Numbered from the stretch's first letter, positions 1-9,257 are shown. The stretch is 32,000 bases of DNA from Candidatus Scalindua sp. (GCA_031316155.1 JALDRB010000001.1:309572-341571), one strand, 5' to 3'. A program made the numbers and translations. The notes: generated from the sequence alone by a model not told the origin.

Positions 1-162
1 TTCATTCAGCTCTTTTTTTGTTGTAGTCATGTTGCCTTTGGCTCCAAATGATATTAAAAATGAAAGGAAGTGTATACCGGGTGTTTTTTGCATTATACTC
101 ATAAGTTTAATTATGTCAACATCTATGAGAAAAAAATAGACGAAAATTTTTAAAAGAGAATA

Positions 163-519
163 TTGGTTTTAAGATATCTGTATTTTATGAAATTTACTGA
201 ATTTATTAACAAAGCTGAAAAAATGGGTGGATTGACGCTCTCTATAATTAGTGGAGCCGAGATTTTTCTCAAGAATCAGGTCCTGTCTCGAATAAAAAAA
301 TGTTTCTTTGCAAGTGGAGGAGAAGAACAGGGATTAATTGTCTTTCGTGGTGAAGATCCTGGAAATAAAAAAACAGGTGAATATTTAGATAGTACCAGCA
401 TCGAAAACAGTGATATTCGTACATCATATCGTGATGTTTTTGAAGAGGTCGGTACTGTTTCCATGTTTGGCACGTATAAACTGGTGATTGTTGAGAATGC
501 GGATAACTTTTTGAAATGA
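163..519 (+). CDS. holA: DNA polymerase III delta subunit (HolA), N-terminal domain only; frame ends at TGA 517-519
   Basis: ORF 163-519 has TTG at 163; the first ATG is at 187 (MKFTEFINK). The translation shows the HolA N-domain pattern (LSIISGAEIFLKNQVLSRIKK, FRGED, MFGTYKLVIVENADNF). The same family continues without a gap in the next ORF, which is in the -1 frame. Confidence 0.6.
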   Translation: MVLRYLYFMKFTEFINKAEKMGGLTLSIISGAEIFLKNQVLSRIKKCFFASGGEEQGLIVFRGEDPGNKKTGEYLDSTSIENSDIRTSYRDVFEEVGTVSMFGTYKLVIVENADNFLK

Positions 520-1319
520 ACCAGCAGAAACTCTTGGAATTTCTAGAAAACCAATTTAATTCAAATTGCTTAGTTTTGAATGTATTATCTCTGGATAAGA
601 GAAAAAAAATCGTAAAAGCGCTAAACGGAAACAAAGGAGTTCTGATTGAATGCAATAAGCTTTATGACAGCCCTGCACCTTGGGAAAAGGAGAAAGCTGA
701 ATATGACAGTGAGTTAACAAAATGGATCGTTATGCATGCTGAAGGTTATGGTAAGAAGATGGATATGAAAACAGCCTTCTCTCTCTTGGAGAAGACGGGA
801 AATGATCTGGCTATTATTGATAAGCAGATAGAAATCTTGTCAATTTATGTGGGCGGTAGAAAACAAATTACTGAAGATGATATTCAAAAGGTGTTAGGGG
901 TGAGTCAGAGAGAAAAGATTTATCATTTACTCGATGCCATTGGTGGTAAAGATTTTGTTTCGGCTATGAGGATGGTAAAGGTTATGTTTGATACCGGTAT
1001 AGAAAATGAGAGGAAAAATATTATTTACGATGAAAAGGTAATTGCCATAGCCATAATCAGTTCATTACATAAAAGAATGAGAGATTTATGGAAGAGTGTC
1101 AGGATTATCAATAAAGGTGGTAGCGATGAAGAGATTATGGAAAATACATCCCAAAAGAGGATTTTTATTGATAAAATCAGAAGGCAAGCTCAAAATTTTA
1201 ATGAAGAAGAGATGCCTGATAAATGGAGATTTATGTTAGAAGCAGATTTGCTATGCAAAACCAGTAATCTGTCACCGGTTATTATAATAGAACAATTAAC
1301 AGCAAAATTATGTATATGA
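516..1319 (+). CDS. holA: DNA polymerase III delta subunit (HolA), domains II-III (continuation of the previous ORF)
   Basis: ORF 516-1319. ATG 516-518 overlaps TGA 517-519 of the upstream ORF (ATGA). The sequence QQKLLEFLEN...CLVLNVLSLDKRKKIVKAL, LAIIDKQIEILSIYVGG and REKIYHLLDAIGGKDFVSAMRMV fits the HolA family pattern. Confidence 0.7.
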   Translation: MNQQKLLEFLENQFNSNCLVLNVLSLDKRKKIVKALNGNKGVLIECNKLYDSPAPWEKEKAEYDSELTKWIVMHAEGYGKKMDMKTAFSLLEKTGNDLAIIDKQIEILSIYVGGRKQITEDDIQKVLGVSQREKIYHLLDAIGGKDFVSAMRMVKVMFDTGIENERKNIIYDEKVIAIAIISSLHKRMRDLWKSVRIINKGGSDEEIMENTSQKRIFIDKIRRQAQNFNEEEMPDKWRFMLEADLLCKTSNLSPVIIIEQLTAKLCI

Positions 1320-1380
1320 AACTCCGCGTTTAAGCAACAACGGTAATCTATTATTTTTACTGCATCGTTTGTCTCTTTGC

Positions 1381-1424
1381 AAAGACTATTTGCTTGTGTG
1401 TAAATAGTCTTTATAACTTTTATT
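1381..1424 (+). terminator. Hairpin downstream of holA (possible intrinsic terminator)
   Basis: A perfect 11-bp stem, aaagactattt (1381-1391) / aaatagtcttt (1402-1412), with a 10-nt loop, followed by ataacttttatt. The stem is AT-rich and the U-tract is imperfect. Confidence 0.35.
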
Positions 1425-1438
1425 AAATGGAGGTGTAT

Positions 1439-3013
1439 ATGTTTTGCGGAAAGAGCGTGAATGCTGTTATTATTCTATTTTTTGCAATGCTTATTGGCGT
1501 GTATGGCTGTACCTCTCAACAAAACCAGGTAGTGATGGATGAAATGAGCATTGGGCGAGAAAGACCAAAATACACAGCTCCTGCGAATAGAGAAGAAACG
1601 ATTAGCATGAGGAGTGCAGAAGGATACTCTACGGAAGCTGGATCAAGAAGTGCTATTTCCATAAAAAAAATTGTACCCTCTCAAAGCTTGTTGGGACGGG
1701 TAATCGATGTTGTTATTAACGTAACGAACCTTAGCGACTCAACGGTTAATGATATTGAGGTGTTCGAAACCATTCCACAGAAATTTGACGTAAAAAGCTC
1801 CGAACCTCTTATGAAGGGAGATGTATTGTCGGGAAGAGCACATTGGCTTCTTGGTGATTTGGGACCCGGAGAAACAAAGGTAATTCGAGTTTCGGGTACG
1901 CCTGCAGCTTTAGGGGTCTTAGAGTTCTGCTGCACAGACGTGGCTTATAAATTACCCTTAAACATTTGTAAGACTACAAACGTTGTACAGCCAGAATTGA
2001 TGATTACGAAGCAGATACCGTCTGATGTTATAATTTGTGATCCAATACCAATAAAGATTGTGGTTACCAACACAGGAACAGGTACGGCTCAGAATGTGAA
2101 GATTAAAGAACCTCTCCCTTCAGGCATGAAGTCGCAGAGAGGTGAAGACTACGTGGAATATGATGTTGGCTCTTTGCAGTCAGGTGAATCACGAGAGGTT
2201 GTCTTCAACGTTAAGGCTGACCGAATCGGCACATTTGATAACTCAGCAACCGTTGTTGCTGATGATGGTTTGAGTGCTAATTCTAACACAACCACTACAG
2301 TCGTAAGTCAACCTGTTCTCTCTATCACCAAAACAGGGCCAGCGATACGGTATATTGGCCGGAATATCACGTATAACATCGTAGTAACCAATGAGGGCAA
2401 TGGGCCGGTCTTTAATACAGTTGTTGATGATTCCATTCCCACAAACACCTCAATGGTAAGAGCCAGTGACGGAGGTACTTTAACCGGAAAAGGCGTATTG
2501 TGGCATTTGGGTACTTTGCAGCCAAGGGAATCCAGAGAGGTAAGTGTGACTGTTCGGGCAGATAGTTTGGGAAAGGCTGAAAACTGTGCAGTCGTCAGTG
2601 GCGAATGTGCTGATGCAGTAAAAGATTGCGCTGTTACAGAAGTGGTTGGGATTTCTGCTATTCTCCTTGAAGTTGTCGATATCCAGGATCCAATCGAGAT
2701 CGGCGCAAGTGAGACGTATGAGATTACGGTAACCAATCAAGGTTCAGCGACTGGTACAAATATTACAATTGCATGTACTTTGGAATCAGGTACCATGGAA
2801 TATATTTCTTCTGATGGTCCAACGGCCGGATCATCTGTAGGCAACAGAATAATATTTGAACCCCTGCCTGCTTTAGGACCGAAAGAGAGGGCAATCTGGA
2901 GGATACATGTAAAGGCTGTTGGTAAAGGAGATGTGAGGTTTAAGGCTACTTTGAACAGTGATCAAATAGATCGAGTTGTGGAGGAAACAGAGTCAACGAA
3001 CTTCTACCAATAA
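1439..3013 (+). CDS. DUF11 (conserved repeat domain) lipoprotein, OmcB-like
   Basis: The ORF is open from 1427, but GGAGG at 1429-1433 sits 5 nt before ATG 1439, so 1439 is the likelier start. It has an N-terminal signal peptide with a lipobox-like GVYGC. Three or more repeats of the DUF11 pattern are visible (ITKQIP...IKIVVTNTGTGTAQNV, ITKTGP...YNIVVTNEGNGPVFNT, YEITVTNQGSATGTNI). Confidence 0.8.
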   Translation: MFCGKSVNAVIILFFAMLIGVYGCTSQQNQVVMDEMSIGRERPKYTAPANREETISMRSAEGYSTEAGSRSAISIKKIVPSQSLLGRVIDVVINVTNLSDSTVNDIEVFETIPQKFDVKSSEPLMKGDVLSGRAHWLLGDLGPGETKVIRVSGTPAALGVLEFCCTDVAYKLPLNICKTTNVVQPELMITKQIPSDVIICDPIPIKIVVTNTGTGTAQNVKIKEPLPSGMKSQRGEDYVEYDVGSLQSGESREVVFNVKADRIGTFDNSATVVADDGLSANSNTTTTVVSQPVLSITKTGPAIRYIGRNITYNIVVTNEGNGPVFNTVVDDSIPTNTSMVRASDGGTLTGKGVLWHLGTLQPRESREVSVTVRADSLGKAENCAVVSGECADAVKDCAVTEVVGISAILLEVVDIQDPIEIGASETYEITVTNQGSATGTNITIACTLESGTMEYISSDGPTAGSSVGNRIIFEPLPALGPKERAIWRIHVKAVGKGDVRFKATLNSDQIDRVVEETESTNFYQ

Positions 3014-3103
3014 TCTTCAGTTTAGCTGTTCTTCAAAGTAAAAGGGAGAAGGTATGCAAGTACGATTATTACCTCAAAGAATGTATGCTGGCGGATTGTG
3101 AAT

Positions 3104-3157
3104 GCCAGCCTTGTGAAAAGCCACTGTTTGCACTTTCTCACAAGGCTGGCACTTTTT
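3104..3157 (+). terminator. Intrinsic terminator between convergent genes
   Basis: A perfect 13-bp stem, gccagccttgtga (3104-3116) / tcacaaggctggc (3138-3150), followed by acttttt. It lies between the stop at 3013 (+) and the stop at 3170 (-). Confidence 0.55.
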
Positions 3158-3169
3158 CAGTTCTCCTGT

Positions 3170-3790
3170 TTATTGTCCAAAGCTCTTTAATTTGTCGGTT
3201 AGGTTGTCTTTAAGGTCTTCGGCTTTATCCGTTGCTGTTGTTGTTTCAAGCTTCTCTTTAGCTTGCTCTTCAAGGAGCTCTTTCAATTTCTCTTTGGCCT
3301 TCGTAATAATGTCCTTGGCTTCCTGTGAATCGCTGTCATGATTACTTAAGATATCCTGCGCCGCTGCTATGGATTCTTTGAACTTACCTTGTTCAAAGAA
3401 TGCCCTGGCCTTGTTAATAAGATCTTTCACGATCGAAGCTGTTTTGTCTTTCATTGAACCAATTTTAGTGCTTTCCTCCTTTAGTGTTTGATCCGCCTTA
3501 GTTGCCGCTTCATCACCGTGCTCAATAATAGCTTCATCTTCCTTGCCTTTGTCAAAAACAGCTTTGGCCTTGTCAACTTGATCACCGATGACCGAAGAAG
3601 TCTTTTCTTTTATTGTCTCTGCTTGAGATTTCATTTTTTCTATCATTCCGCTATCCTTGGTTGCAGTTTCATCAGACTGTTTTACAGCAGATTCTTTTGT
3701 CTCGGTAGGACGCTCTTGATCCTGACCACATCCAACAGTGAAAAATATTAAGGCCAGTCCGCACACGAACATATTCATTATTTTTACCAT
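3170..3790 (-). CDS. Lys/Glu-rich lipoprotein, unknown function
   Basis: ATG at 3790 is preceded by GGGGAG. It has a signal peptide plus lipobox (LIFFTVGCGQ). The mature part is low-complexity and helical, with an internal duplication (KTSSVIGDQVDKAKAVFDKGKEDEAI / KTASIVKDLINKARAFFEQGKFKESI). Confidence 0.7.
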   Translation of the reverse strand: MVKIMNMFVCGLALIFFTVGCGQDQERPTETKESAVKQSDETATKDSGMIEKMKSQAETIKEKTSSVIGDQVDKAKAVFDKGKEDEAIIEHGDEAATKADQTLKEESTKIGSMKDKTASIVKDLINKARAFFEQGKFKESIAAAQDILSNHDSDSQEAKDIITKAKEKLKELLEEQAKEKLETTTATDKAEDLKDNLTDKLKSFGQ

Positions 3791-3883
3791 TTTTCTCCCC
3801 TCTCATTAATTAGTTTCAAATTAAAGTAAACATTTCTTGTTTTGTTTCAGATTAAAAAAAGCAAAGAAAACTTGTTGTATGAT

Positions 3884-4498
3884 TTACTCAAGAGTACGTA
3901 CAGGGCGAACATAACGGGCGCCAATGCGTCTCCAGAATACGCAACCACATCCGTAGTGTACGAGCCATGCACCTCCCGAAACATAGTTGTCACCGGTCCA
4001 AACCCATATTTGCTTTTTGTCAAAAAGTGGATCGATAAATAAGTCATCATTCATCTTTTTTGATTCCAACAGTGATGCAGCTTCTTCCATCGTTGGTAAT
4101 CTCCAATCATTATATCCAGCATAACCCTTCTTGTTGAAATTGCTGATCCATTCCTTTGAGCCTTCCCAGCTGAGACAGTGGTTGGAACCTGACTGGTGCC
4201 ACATGAGACCCGTGGCATGGTCGATGACAACTCTGTCTTCATTGATTGTCTTCATTTCGTAATCATTTGCAAAATCACCTGTCTTATTATCAAACTTATC
4301 ATAAAAGTTATATTTTTTCACCATTGAATCATCAGCAAAAACTCCGCATGTGGACCGTAGTTTTGTGAATATTTCTCTATTTTCTTCTGCCTGTAAGATA
4401 TCGTAACACATAAAGATAGCCGATATGCTTAAGAGAGAGGTGATAAAGAACACAGTGGTTTGTGTTCGAAAATTGTGAATAAAATGTTTATTCTTCAT
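3884..4498 (-). CDS. DUF1566 (Lcl C-terminal-like) domain protein with N-terminal membrane anchor
   Basis: It carries the motif set typical of DUF1566: DHATGLMWHQSG, W..A...I..FN..GYAGYNDWRLPTMEEAASLL. An N-terminal hydrophobic segment is present (TTVFFITSLLSISAIFM). Confidence 0.7.
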   Translation of the reverse strand: MKNKHFIHNFRTQTTVFFITSLLSISAIFMCYDILQAEENREIFTKLRSTCGVFADDSMVKKYNFYDKFDNKTGDFANDYEMKTINEDRVVIDHATGLMWHQSGSNHCLSWEGSKEWISNFNKKGYAGYNDWRLPTMEEAASLLESKKMNDDLFIDPLFDKKQIWVWTGDNYVSGGAWLVHYGCGCVFWRRIGARYVRPVRTLE

Positions 4499-4660
4499 GC
4501 TTCTGTCTATTTGTATCTGATTTTACTGCTGTACAAAAAGAGGATTGGATGTTATCTTTTCAGAGAGATAATTCCTATTTTACAGCAGAATAACAAATGG
4601 ATACTCCTAAAATCAAGTACAAAAAACGTAAATAAAACATGTATCTGATTTAGATCTCTT

Positions 4661-5602
4661 ATGCTTAAGATAATTTTCTTAATAACAGTGTTGGTTAATC
4701 TAGTTTTTTTTAGTTTCCTACATCGTGTTGCTGTGGCTCTGGAAAGACACGAACAAGAAAGGGAAGATATTGTTATCCGGGAACTAGTTGTTAATAATGA
4801 TAATAAATACAGAACTGTTATCTGTAAAAATGAAGAAGAAGGAATTAAAGAATTAAGGAGTCTTGTTGATACTTCGAGAATAGAAGAGTGTTGGATATTT
4901 TTGCCTCCGGAAGAAAGGTGGGTTGAAATAGGAAGTGGAGCAGTTCCTGAAACGAGGGTAGATGACCATTTTATCACGAAAGTGGGAGTTGATGTCCAGT
5001 TTATGGAAAGTGTAATGGCAAAAAATAATTCTCTTATCGTGTATCACATCCACCCTACATATAGTCTTTTTCTTGAACACCAAATGAGGAAATGCAGAGA
5101 AAACGGCCAACCTATGAAGGAAAAAGAGGTAAAAAAAGCAAGAACTGAATTTTTAATAAAAAGGGCTTATCCCTCAGGGCAAGATTTAGGGAACATGATA
5201 GAAAACACAATGGAGTTTATTAAAAAAAATCCCGGTGGAAATATAATGTTCAAGATATGTTCACATTACGGAATAACCGAATGTTATTTGACTAAAGAGG
5301 GAAAGATATACTTTATCTGTGATAACTATCCAGATCTTTTTGAAAAAATCGTTAGAATTTGCATGAAAATGCATCGCGATGCGGCTCTTGCAGTGGAAAA
5401 TTATGAACAAAAAATCCGAAAAAAAGTAAATTTACTATACAGGATTAAGATGCACTCTAAACAAAAAAAAAGAAGTTTTTTGAGAGCTAATAACGGTTCC
5501 AAGTTCGAGATTGACCCATTTACTTTGATTAACAAAGCATTTGAAGCGATGAGTAGCGATTATCTAAAAGTGGCTTTTACACCTTACACACAAAGAGAGT
5601 AA
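4661..5602 (+). CDS. Hypothetical membrane-anchored protein (313 aa)
   Basis: A long ORF with an N-terminal TM helix (IIFLITVLVNLVFFSFL). I recognise no family with confidence. It contains YHIHP (res 128-132) and YPSGQD (res 170-175); see findings. Confidence 0.55.
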   Translation: MLKIIFLITVLVNLVFFSFLHRVAVALERHEQEREDIVIRELVVNNDNKYRTVICKNEEEGIKELRSLVDTSRIEECWIFLPPEERWVEIGSGAVPETRVDDHFITKVGVDVQFMESVMAKNNSLIVYHIHPTYSLFLEHQMRKCRENGQPMKEKEVKKARTEFLIKRAYPSGQDLGNMIENTMEFIKKNPGGNIMFKICSHYGITECYLTKEGKIYFICDNYPDLFEKIVRICMKMHRDAALAVENYEQKIRKKVNLLYRIKMHSKQKKRSFLRANNGSKFEIDPFTLINKAFEAMSSDYLKVAFTPYTQRE

Positions 5603-5636
5603 AGAGGGGAGAACTAACTCGTGAATGAATACATGA

Positions 5637-6269
5637 TTAAAAATCTTCCAGATATTCTGGGTTTTTACTAGCGTACAAAATATGGATTATATTCTTCATT
5701 TCTTTAGTGACTTGATAGCGTGTATCAAATACTGTCTTCAAAGACAATGAAATTTCTGTCTTTTCCGTTTCCCATATTGATTTATAGCTAAGGTGGTTGG
5801 GATCGGAAGGAAATTCCGGGCGCTTTTGAAATCTTTCGTCTTTCCATGTTTCATCTTCAGAGACAGGAGCTCCATATTTTCGTGCCAAAATGTTCCTGAG
5901 CTTATAATATATATCAATGTAGGAATTCTTTTTTTCGTATTCCTTTCTAAAAGAATATTCTGATCCCACAAGACTATCGTTAAGGAAGAAATAACTCATT
6001 TGGACATCCATCTCCGCAACTTTCTCATTATATACGATTACTTCATCAGCCACGAGACCTGTATAGCTTTCATTTATCTTCTTCTCTGTTTGTATTCTTG
6101 CTGATTCGCTCTCACTGGCTTTGACTTCATTTTTTGTCATTCCCCACCTAGTCTTACGGAAATCGAATGAAGTTGCTCCTTGGTCATCGGAAAAACAAGC
6201 CGTATGATATAACAAAATTGTGCATACTAAAAAAGTAATTGGGATGCATTGTCGCAAAAGAATTTTCAT
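5637..6269 (-). CDS. Hypothetical secreted protein or lipoprotein (210 aa), last gene of the lipid operon
   Basis: ATG 6269-6267 directly abuts the TAA (6272-6270) of the upstream radical SAM gene (TAAATG). It has a signal peptide (ITFLVCTILLYHTAC). Confidence 0.65.
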   Translation of the reverse strand: MKILLRQCIPITFLVCTILLYHTACFSDDQGATSFDFRKTRWGMTKNEVKASESESARIQTEKKINESYTGLVADEVIVYNEKVAEMDVQMSYFFLNDSLVGSEYSFRKEYEKKNSYIDIYYKLRNILARKYGAPVSEDETWKDERFQKRPEFPSDPNHLSYKSIWETEKTEISLSLKTVFDTRYQVTKEMKNIIHILYASKNPEYLEDF

Positions 6270-7736
6270 TTAACTTACGGTAACTCCAGTTTCTGCTGGC
6301 ACCGTTACAGAACTACTCTTATACCAATCCTGATAATAATCCCCAGAATCATAAAGTTTCTGCAAATTTTCCAGTACCTGTTGAAAGACCTGTTGCCAAT
6401 CGGAACCAACCCTGAAACCAAACATAGCGTTGCGTTTTCCGTGTCTTGTGCTGCCGATAGTTTTGGCTGATTTCCTAAAGCGCTGTCTCAGATTGTCGCC
6501 AGCATACAGATGGTCATACATATATTGCATGCCCTCAATAAAATCTTCCAATGTCATATCTACAAACCTGTGCACCACATGCGCCGTGTCGTAATATTTC
6601 CAATCTTCTGGATAATTCTTACGAAAAATCCTCTTTTCAGCATTTAATCTGTGGTAGAGTGCAGTTTGAGGAAAAGGACAATTAATACCAAAGGTCAAGA
6701 CATCGATATTGTTCTCCAAGACAAATTCTGTCATTTTTTTAAACGAATCCTTGTTATCTCCATCTGCTCCCAAGACGATAGAACCCCAAACTATGAGTCC
6801 GTGGTCATGAATCTTTTGAATACAGTCAAAATAACTATCAGTCCCAAGTCTTAGATTTACCTTTTTGTTCATCTTCTCCAAGACTGCTTCATTTGTTGAT
6901 TCTATTCCACAAAGAAAGCCAAAATTTCCGCTCTTAGCCATCAAATCCAGCGCTTCAGCATCCTGAGAGATGTTGAGGGCCGTAAATCCAAGCCAGTCCT
7001 TCTGGATCCCCCTTTCGATCATTCCACGCCAGAGGCTCTTTGCTCTGTTTGCAGAGTTTTTGCTATGGCCGTAAAAATTGTCTTCAGCAAACATGAGGCC
7101 CTTGTAATCGGTGGCTTCCATTTCATCCAAGACATCTTCGTATGGTCTTTCACGGTATTTTTTCCCTTGAAAGGTTGGAACGCTACAGAAATCACAGTAA
7201 TTTGGGCATCCCTTTGTGGTGACAATTGAAGAGAACTTATAATTGTATTTTTTCTTCATGAATTCCCTGTTGGGAAAAACATTTTTCATTTCTGATAATG
7301 CAGGTAGCCCTCCATTATAAACTTTTTTAAGCTGGCCATTCTCAAAATCCTTAATGACTTGAGGCCACAGGGCTTCTGCCTCACCGGTGAAAATCGCATC
7401 AACGTATCGAGATGCTTCGTTAGGCATTACGGATGCATGGATCCCGCCCATTATTACCGTCATTCCTCTTTTTCTGCATACCTCGGCAATCTTGTAAGCC
7501 CTGGCAACTTGATATGTAACAGAGGTTATACAAACGAGATCCACATTGTCAAAGGTGAGGTTATCATTTTCGTCAATAGCCAGTTCCATATTTTCGTCTA
7601 TAATATCGAACTCCCAATCTCCTGGTGTTAAAGCCGCAATATATGCCAGATTTAGAGGCATCTGGACTATAACCGAAATACTCTCTTCGCCATGTCTCCC
7701 CGGAGGGTGTGGATTGATAAGCATCATTTTTCTCAT
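6270..7736 (-). CDS. B12-binding (class B) radical SAM protein
   Basis: The CxxxCxxC cluster motif is present (GCPNYCDFCSV). The N-terminal region is B12-binding-domain-like (LVCITSVTYQVARAYKIAEVCRKRGMTVIMGGIHAS). AGGAGG lies 8 nt upstream of ATG 7736. Confidence 0.9.
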   Translation of the reverse strand: MRKMMLINPHPPGRHGEESISVIVQMPLNLAYIAALTPGDWEFDIIDENMELAIDENDNLTFDNVDLVCITSVTYQVARAYKIAEVCRKRGMTVIMGGIHASVMPNEASRYVDAIFTGEAEALWPQVIKDFENGQLKKVYNGGLPALSEMKNVFPNREFMKKKYNYKFSSIVTTKGCPNYCDFCSVPTFQGKKYRERPYEDVLDEMEATDYKGLMFAEDNFYGHSKNSANRAKSLWRGMIERGIQKDWLGFTALNISQDAEALDLMAKSGNFGFLCGIESTNEAVLEKMNKKVNLRLGTDSYFDCIQKIHDHGLIVWGSIVLGADGDNKDSFKKMTEFVLENNIDVLTFGINCPFPQTALYHRLNAEKRIFRKNYPEDWKYYDTAHVVHRFVDMTLEDFIEGMQYMYDHLYAGDNLRQRFRKSAKTIGSTRHGKRNAMFGFRVGSDWQQVFQQVLENLQKLYDSGDYYQDWYKSSSVTVPAETGVTVS

Positions 7737-7748
7737 TTTATTCTCCTC

Positions 7749-9161
7749 CTAATTATTTAAAATCATACTCGCCACTCTCCATCCAGAGGACACAACTGCA
7801 CATATCCCTGGTCCAGGATTTGTCCAGTGTCCAGCCAGAAAAAGATTCCTGAAAGGTGTTGTATGCCGCAGCCTGTTCGACCATGTTTGGTCTACGGTAA
7901 CAGCCCAGCCATAAGCAGCGCCTTTTGAGTTAAGCGTATAGCGTTCTAAAGTCCTGGGTGTGCCCATTTCCATAACGTCAATGTGGTTCTGAATATTCGG
8001 TAAAAATGTTTCAAGATAACGTATGGTATACTGCTTCTTCTTTTCTTTAAAGATATTCCAGTCTTCTATTTCATCAAAACGCTCTTTTATGGATACAACA
8101 ACCGTAATTATCTGTTTATTGTCTGGGGAGAGGCTTGCATCAGCATGTGTTGGTACAGAAATATAAAACCAGCCGTTGTCGGCAAAACTCATGTCTCTTG
8201 AAGTGTGATAGAATCCTCTCTTTAAGCCTTTTAAATCGATTCTGCTGTCAAGTCCTAAATATAACAAGAAAAACGAACCACTTCCCTTCATCTTTCTGAT
8301 TTTGTGAAGGTATGATTCTTCGATTTCTTGATTATCTATTAAGGTAAAAAACAACTGTAACGGGTCTATGTTCGAAACGAAATTATCAGCAAAAAATTCC
8401 TCCCCTTTGTCTGTTATAACTCCTTTTGCAAACGTATTTTTCGTACTGATCTTCTTAATCGTAGAAGATAACATAATCTGGCCACCATAGTCAATAAATT
8501 TTTGAGCAATTCTGTCAGTGAAATTTTGGGTACTGCCTACTGGGTAATAAGCTCCGTCTTTGAGATAGTTAACCAGCATCTGACACATACCAATTGCTGA
8601 AGCCTCATGAGGTGGCGAACCAATATAGCCCCACTGTGCTGACAATACCATTTTAAGTCTTTCATCGGTAAAATACATATCCAGCATTTCCTTGTAAGTC
8701 AGGTCTTGGTATTTTGATAACAATTTGCTCTTTCCTGTGCTGACCGTGGATCGGTACAATCCCACAAACTCTTTGAAAAAAACTGGTATGGTTTTATTCT
8801 CAGATGCAAATTGTTGTGTTAACAGCTGAACGTAATCATCTAGTTCCGCAGGCACATCCAGAGAAAATGTTGGGAAATGGATACTATCCATTGGGTCAAG
8901 TCGCAAAAACCGGATGTTTATGTCGAGTTCACTGAGACATCTGCCAACTATGCCCCACTTTCCACATCCGCCAATATGATGAACTGCAGCATCGAAAATG
9001 AATCCTTTCCTTTTAAAAGAAGTGCAATAGCCTCCGGGTATATGGTGTTGTTCTAGTATCAATACTTTTTTCCCGTTTTTGGCTAAGAAAGCTCCACAAA
9101 TTAAGCCTGCTATTCCTGCGCCCATTATGATAACATCGTATTTTGATTCTTTAACATTCAT
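7749..9161 (-). CDS. Phytoene desaturase (CrtI)-like FAD-dependent oxidoreductase
   Basis: It has a Rossmann dinucleotide motif (YDVIIMGAGIAGLICGAFLAKNGKKVLILEQHHIPGG) and CrtI-family length and C-terminus (LFLAGHWTNPGPGI). The ORF is open to TTG 9197; the first ATG is at 9161 (MNVKESKYD). Confidence 0.85.
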   Translation of the reverse strand: MNVKESKYDVIIMGAGIAGLICGAFLAKNGKKVLILEQHHIPGGYCTSFKRKGFIFDAAVHHIGGCGKWGIVGRCLSELDINIRFLRLDPMDSIHFPTFSLDVPAELDDYVQLLTQQFASENKTIPVFFKEFVGLYRSTVSTGKSKLLSKYQDLTYKEMLDMYFTDERLKMVLSAQWGYIGSPPHEASAIGMCQMLVNYLKDGAYYPVGSTQNFTDRIAQKFIDYGGQIMLSSTIKKISTKNTFAKGVITDKGEEFFADNFVSNIDPLQLFFTLIDNQEIEESYLHKIRKMKGSGSFFLLYLGLDSRIDLKGLKRGFYHTSRDMSFADNGWFYISVPTHADASLSPDNKQIITVVVSIKERFDEIEDWNIFKEKKKQYTIRYLETFLPNIQNHIDVMEMGTPRTLERYTLNSKGAAYGWAVTVDQTWSNRLRHTTPFRNLFLAGHWTNPGPGICAVVSSGWRVASMILNN

Positions 9162-9257
9162 CAGGCTTGAAACGTAACGATTTGGTTTCAGTCGCAACTG
9201 ATTTTAAAACCGTCACCATATATCTGGTCAACAATTTACTTCATTCATTTTGCAGTA

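Noticed and set aside
1-30. Possible start of a minus-strand gene leaving the window (catgactaca... gives MTTTKKELNE)
   Set aside because: Only 10 codons are visible. That is too little to support a call.
505-519. Programmed -1 ribosomal frameshift in holA
   Set aside because: No canonical X-XXY-YYZ slippery heptamer is present (the sequence is C-TTT-TTG), and I see no downstream stimulatory structure. An indel in the T5 run or coupled re-initiation is more parsimonious. I kept this only as an open question in the findings.
269-655. 128-aa and 65-aa minus-strand ORFs antisense to holA
   Set aside because: They are fully embedded antisense in a gene with clear family similarity. The composition is low-complexity and unlike a real protein. 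There is no SD.
2308-2740. 142-aa and 86-aa minus-strand ORFs inside the DUF11 gene
   Set aside because: These are shadow ORFs opposite a well-supported CDS. I recognise no motifs.
3119-3126. gccactg, reminiscent of part of a cobalamin-riboswitch B12 box
   Set aside because: It lies in the loop of a terminator hairpin between convergent genes. No other riboswitch elements are present. It is also not upstream of either B12-rSAM gene.
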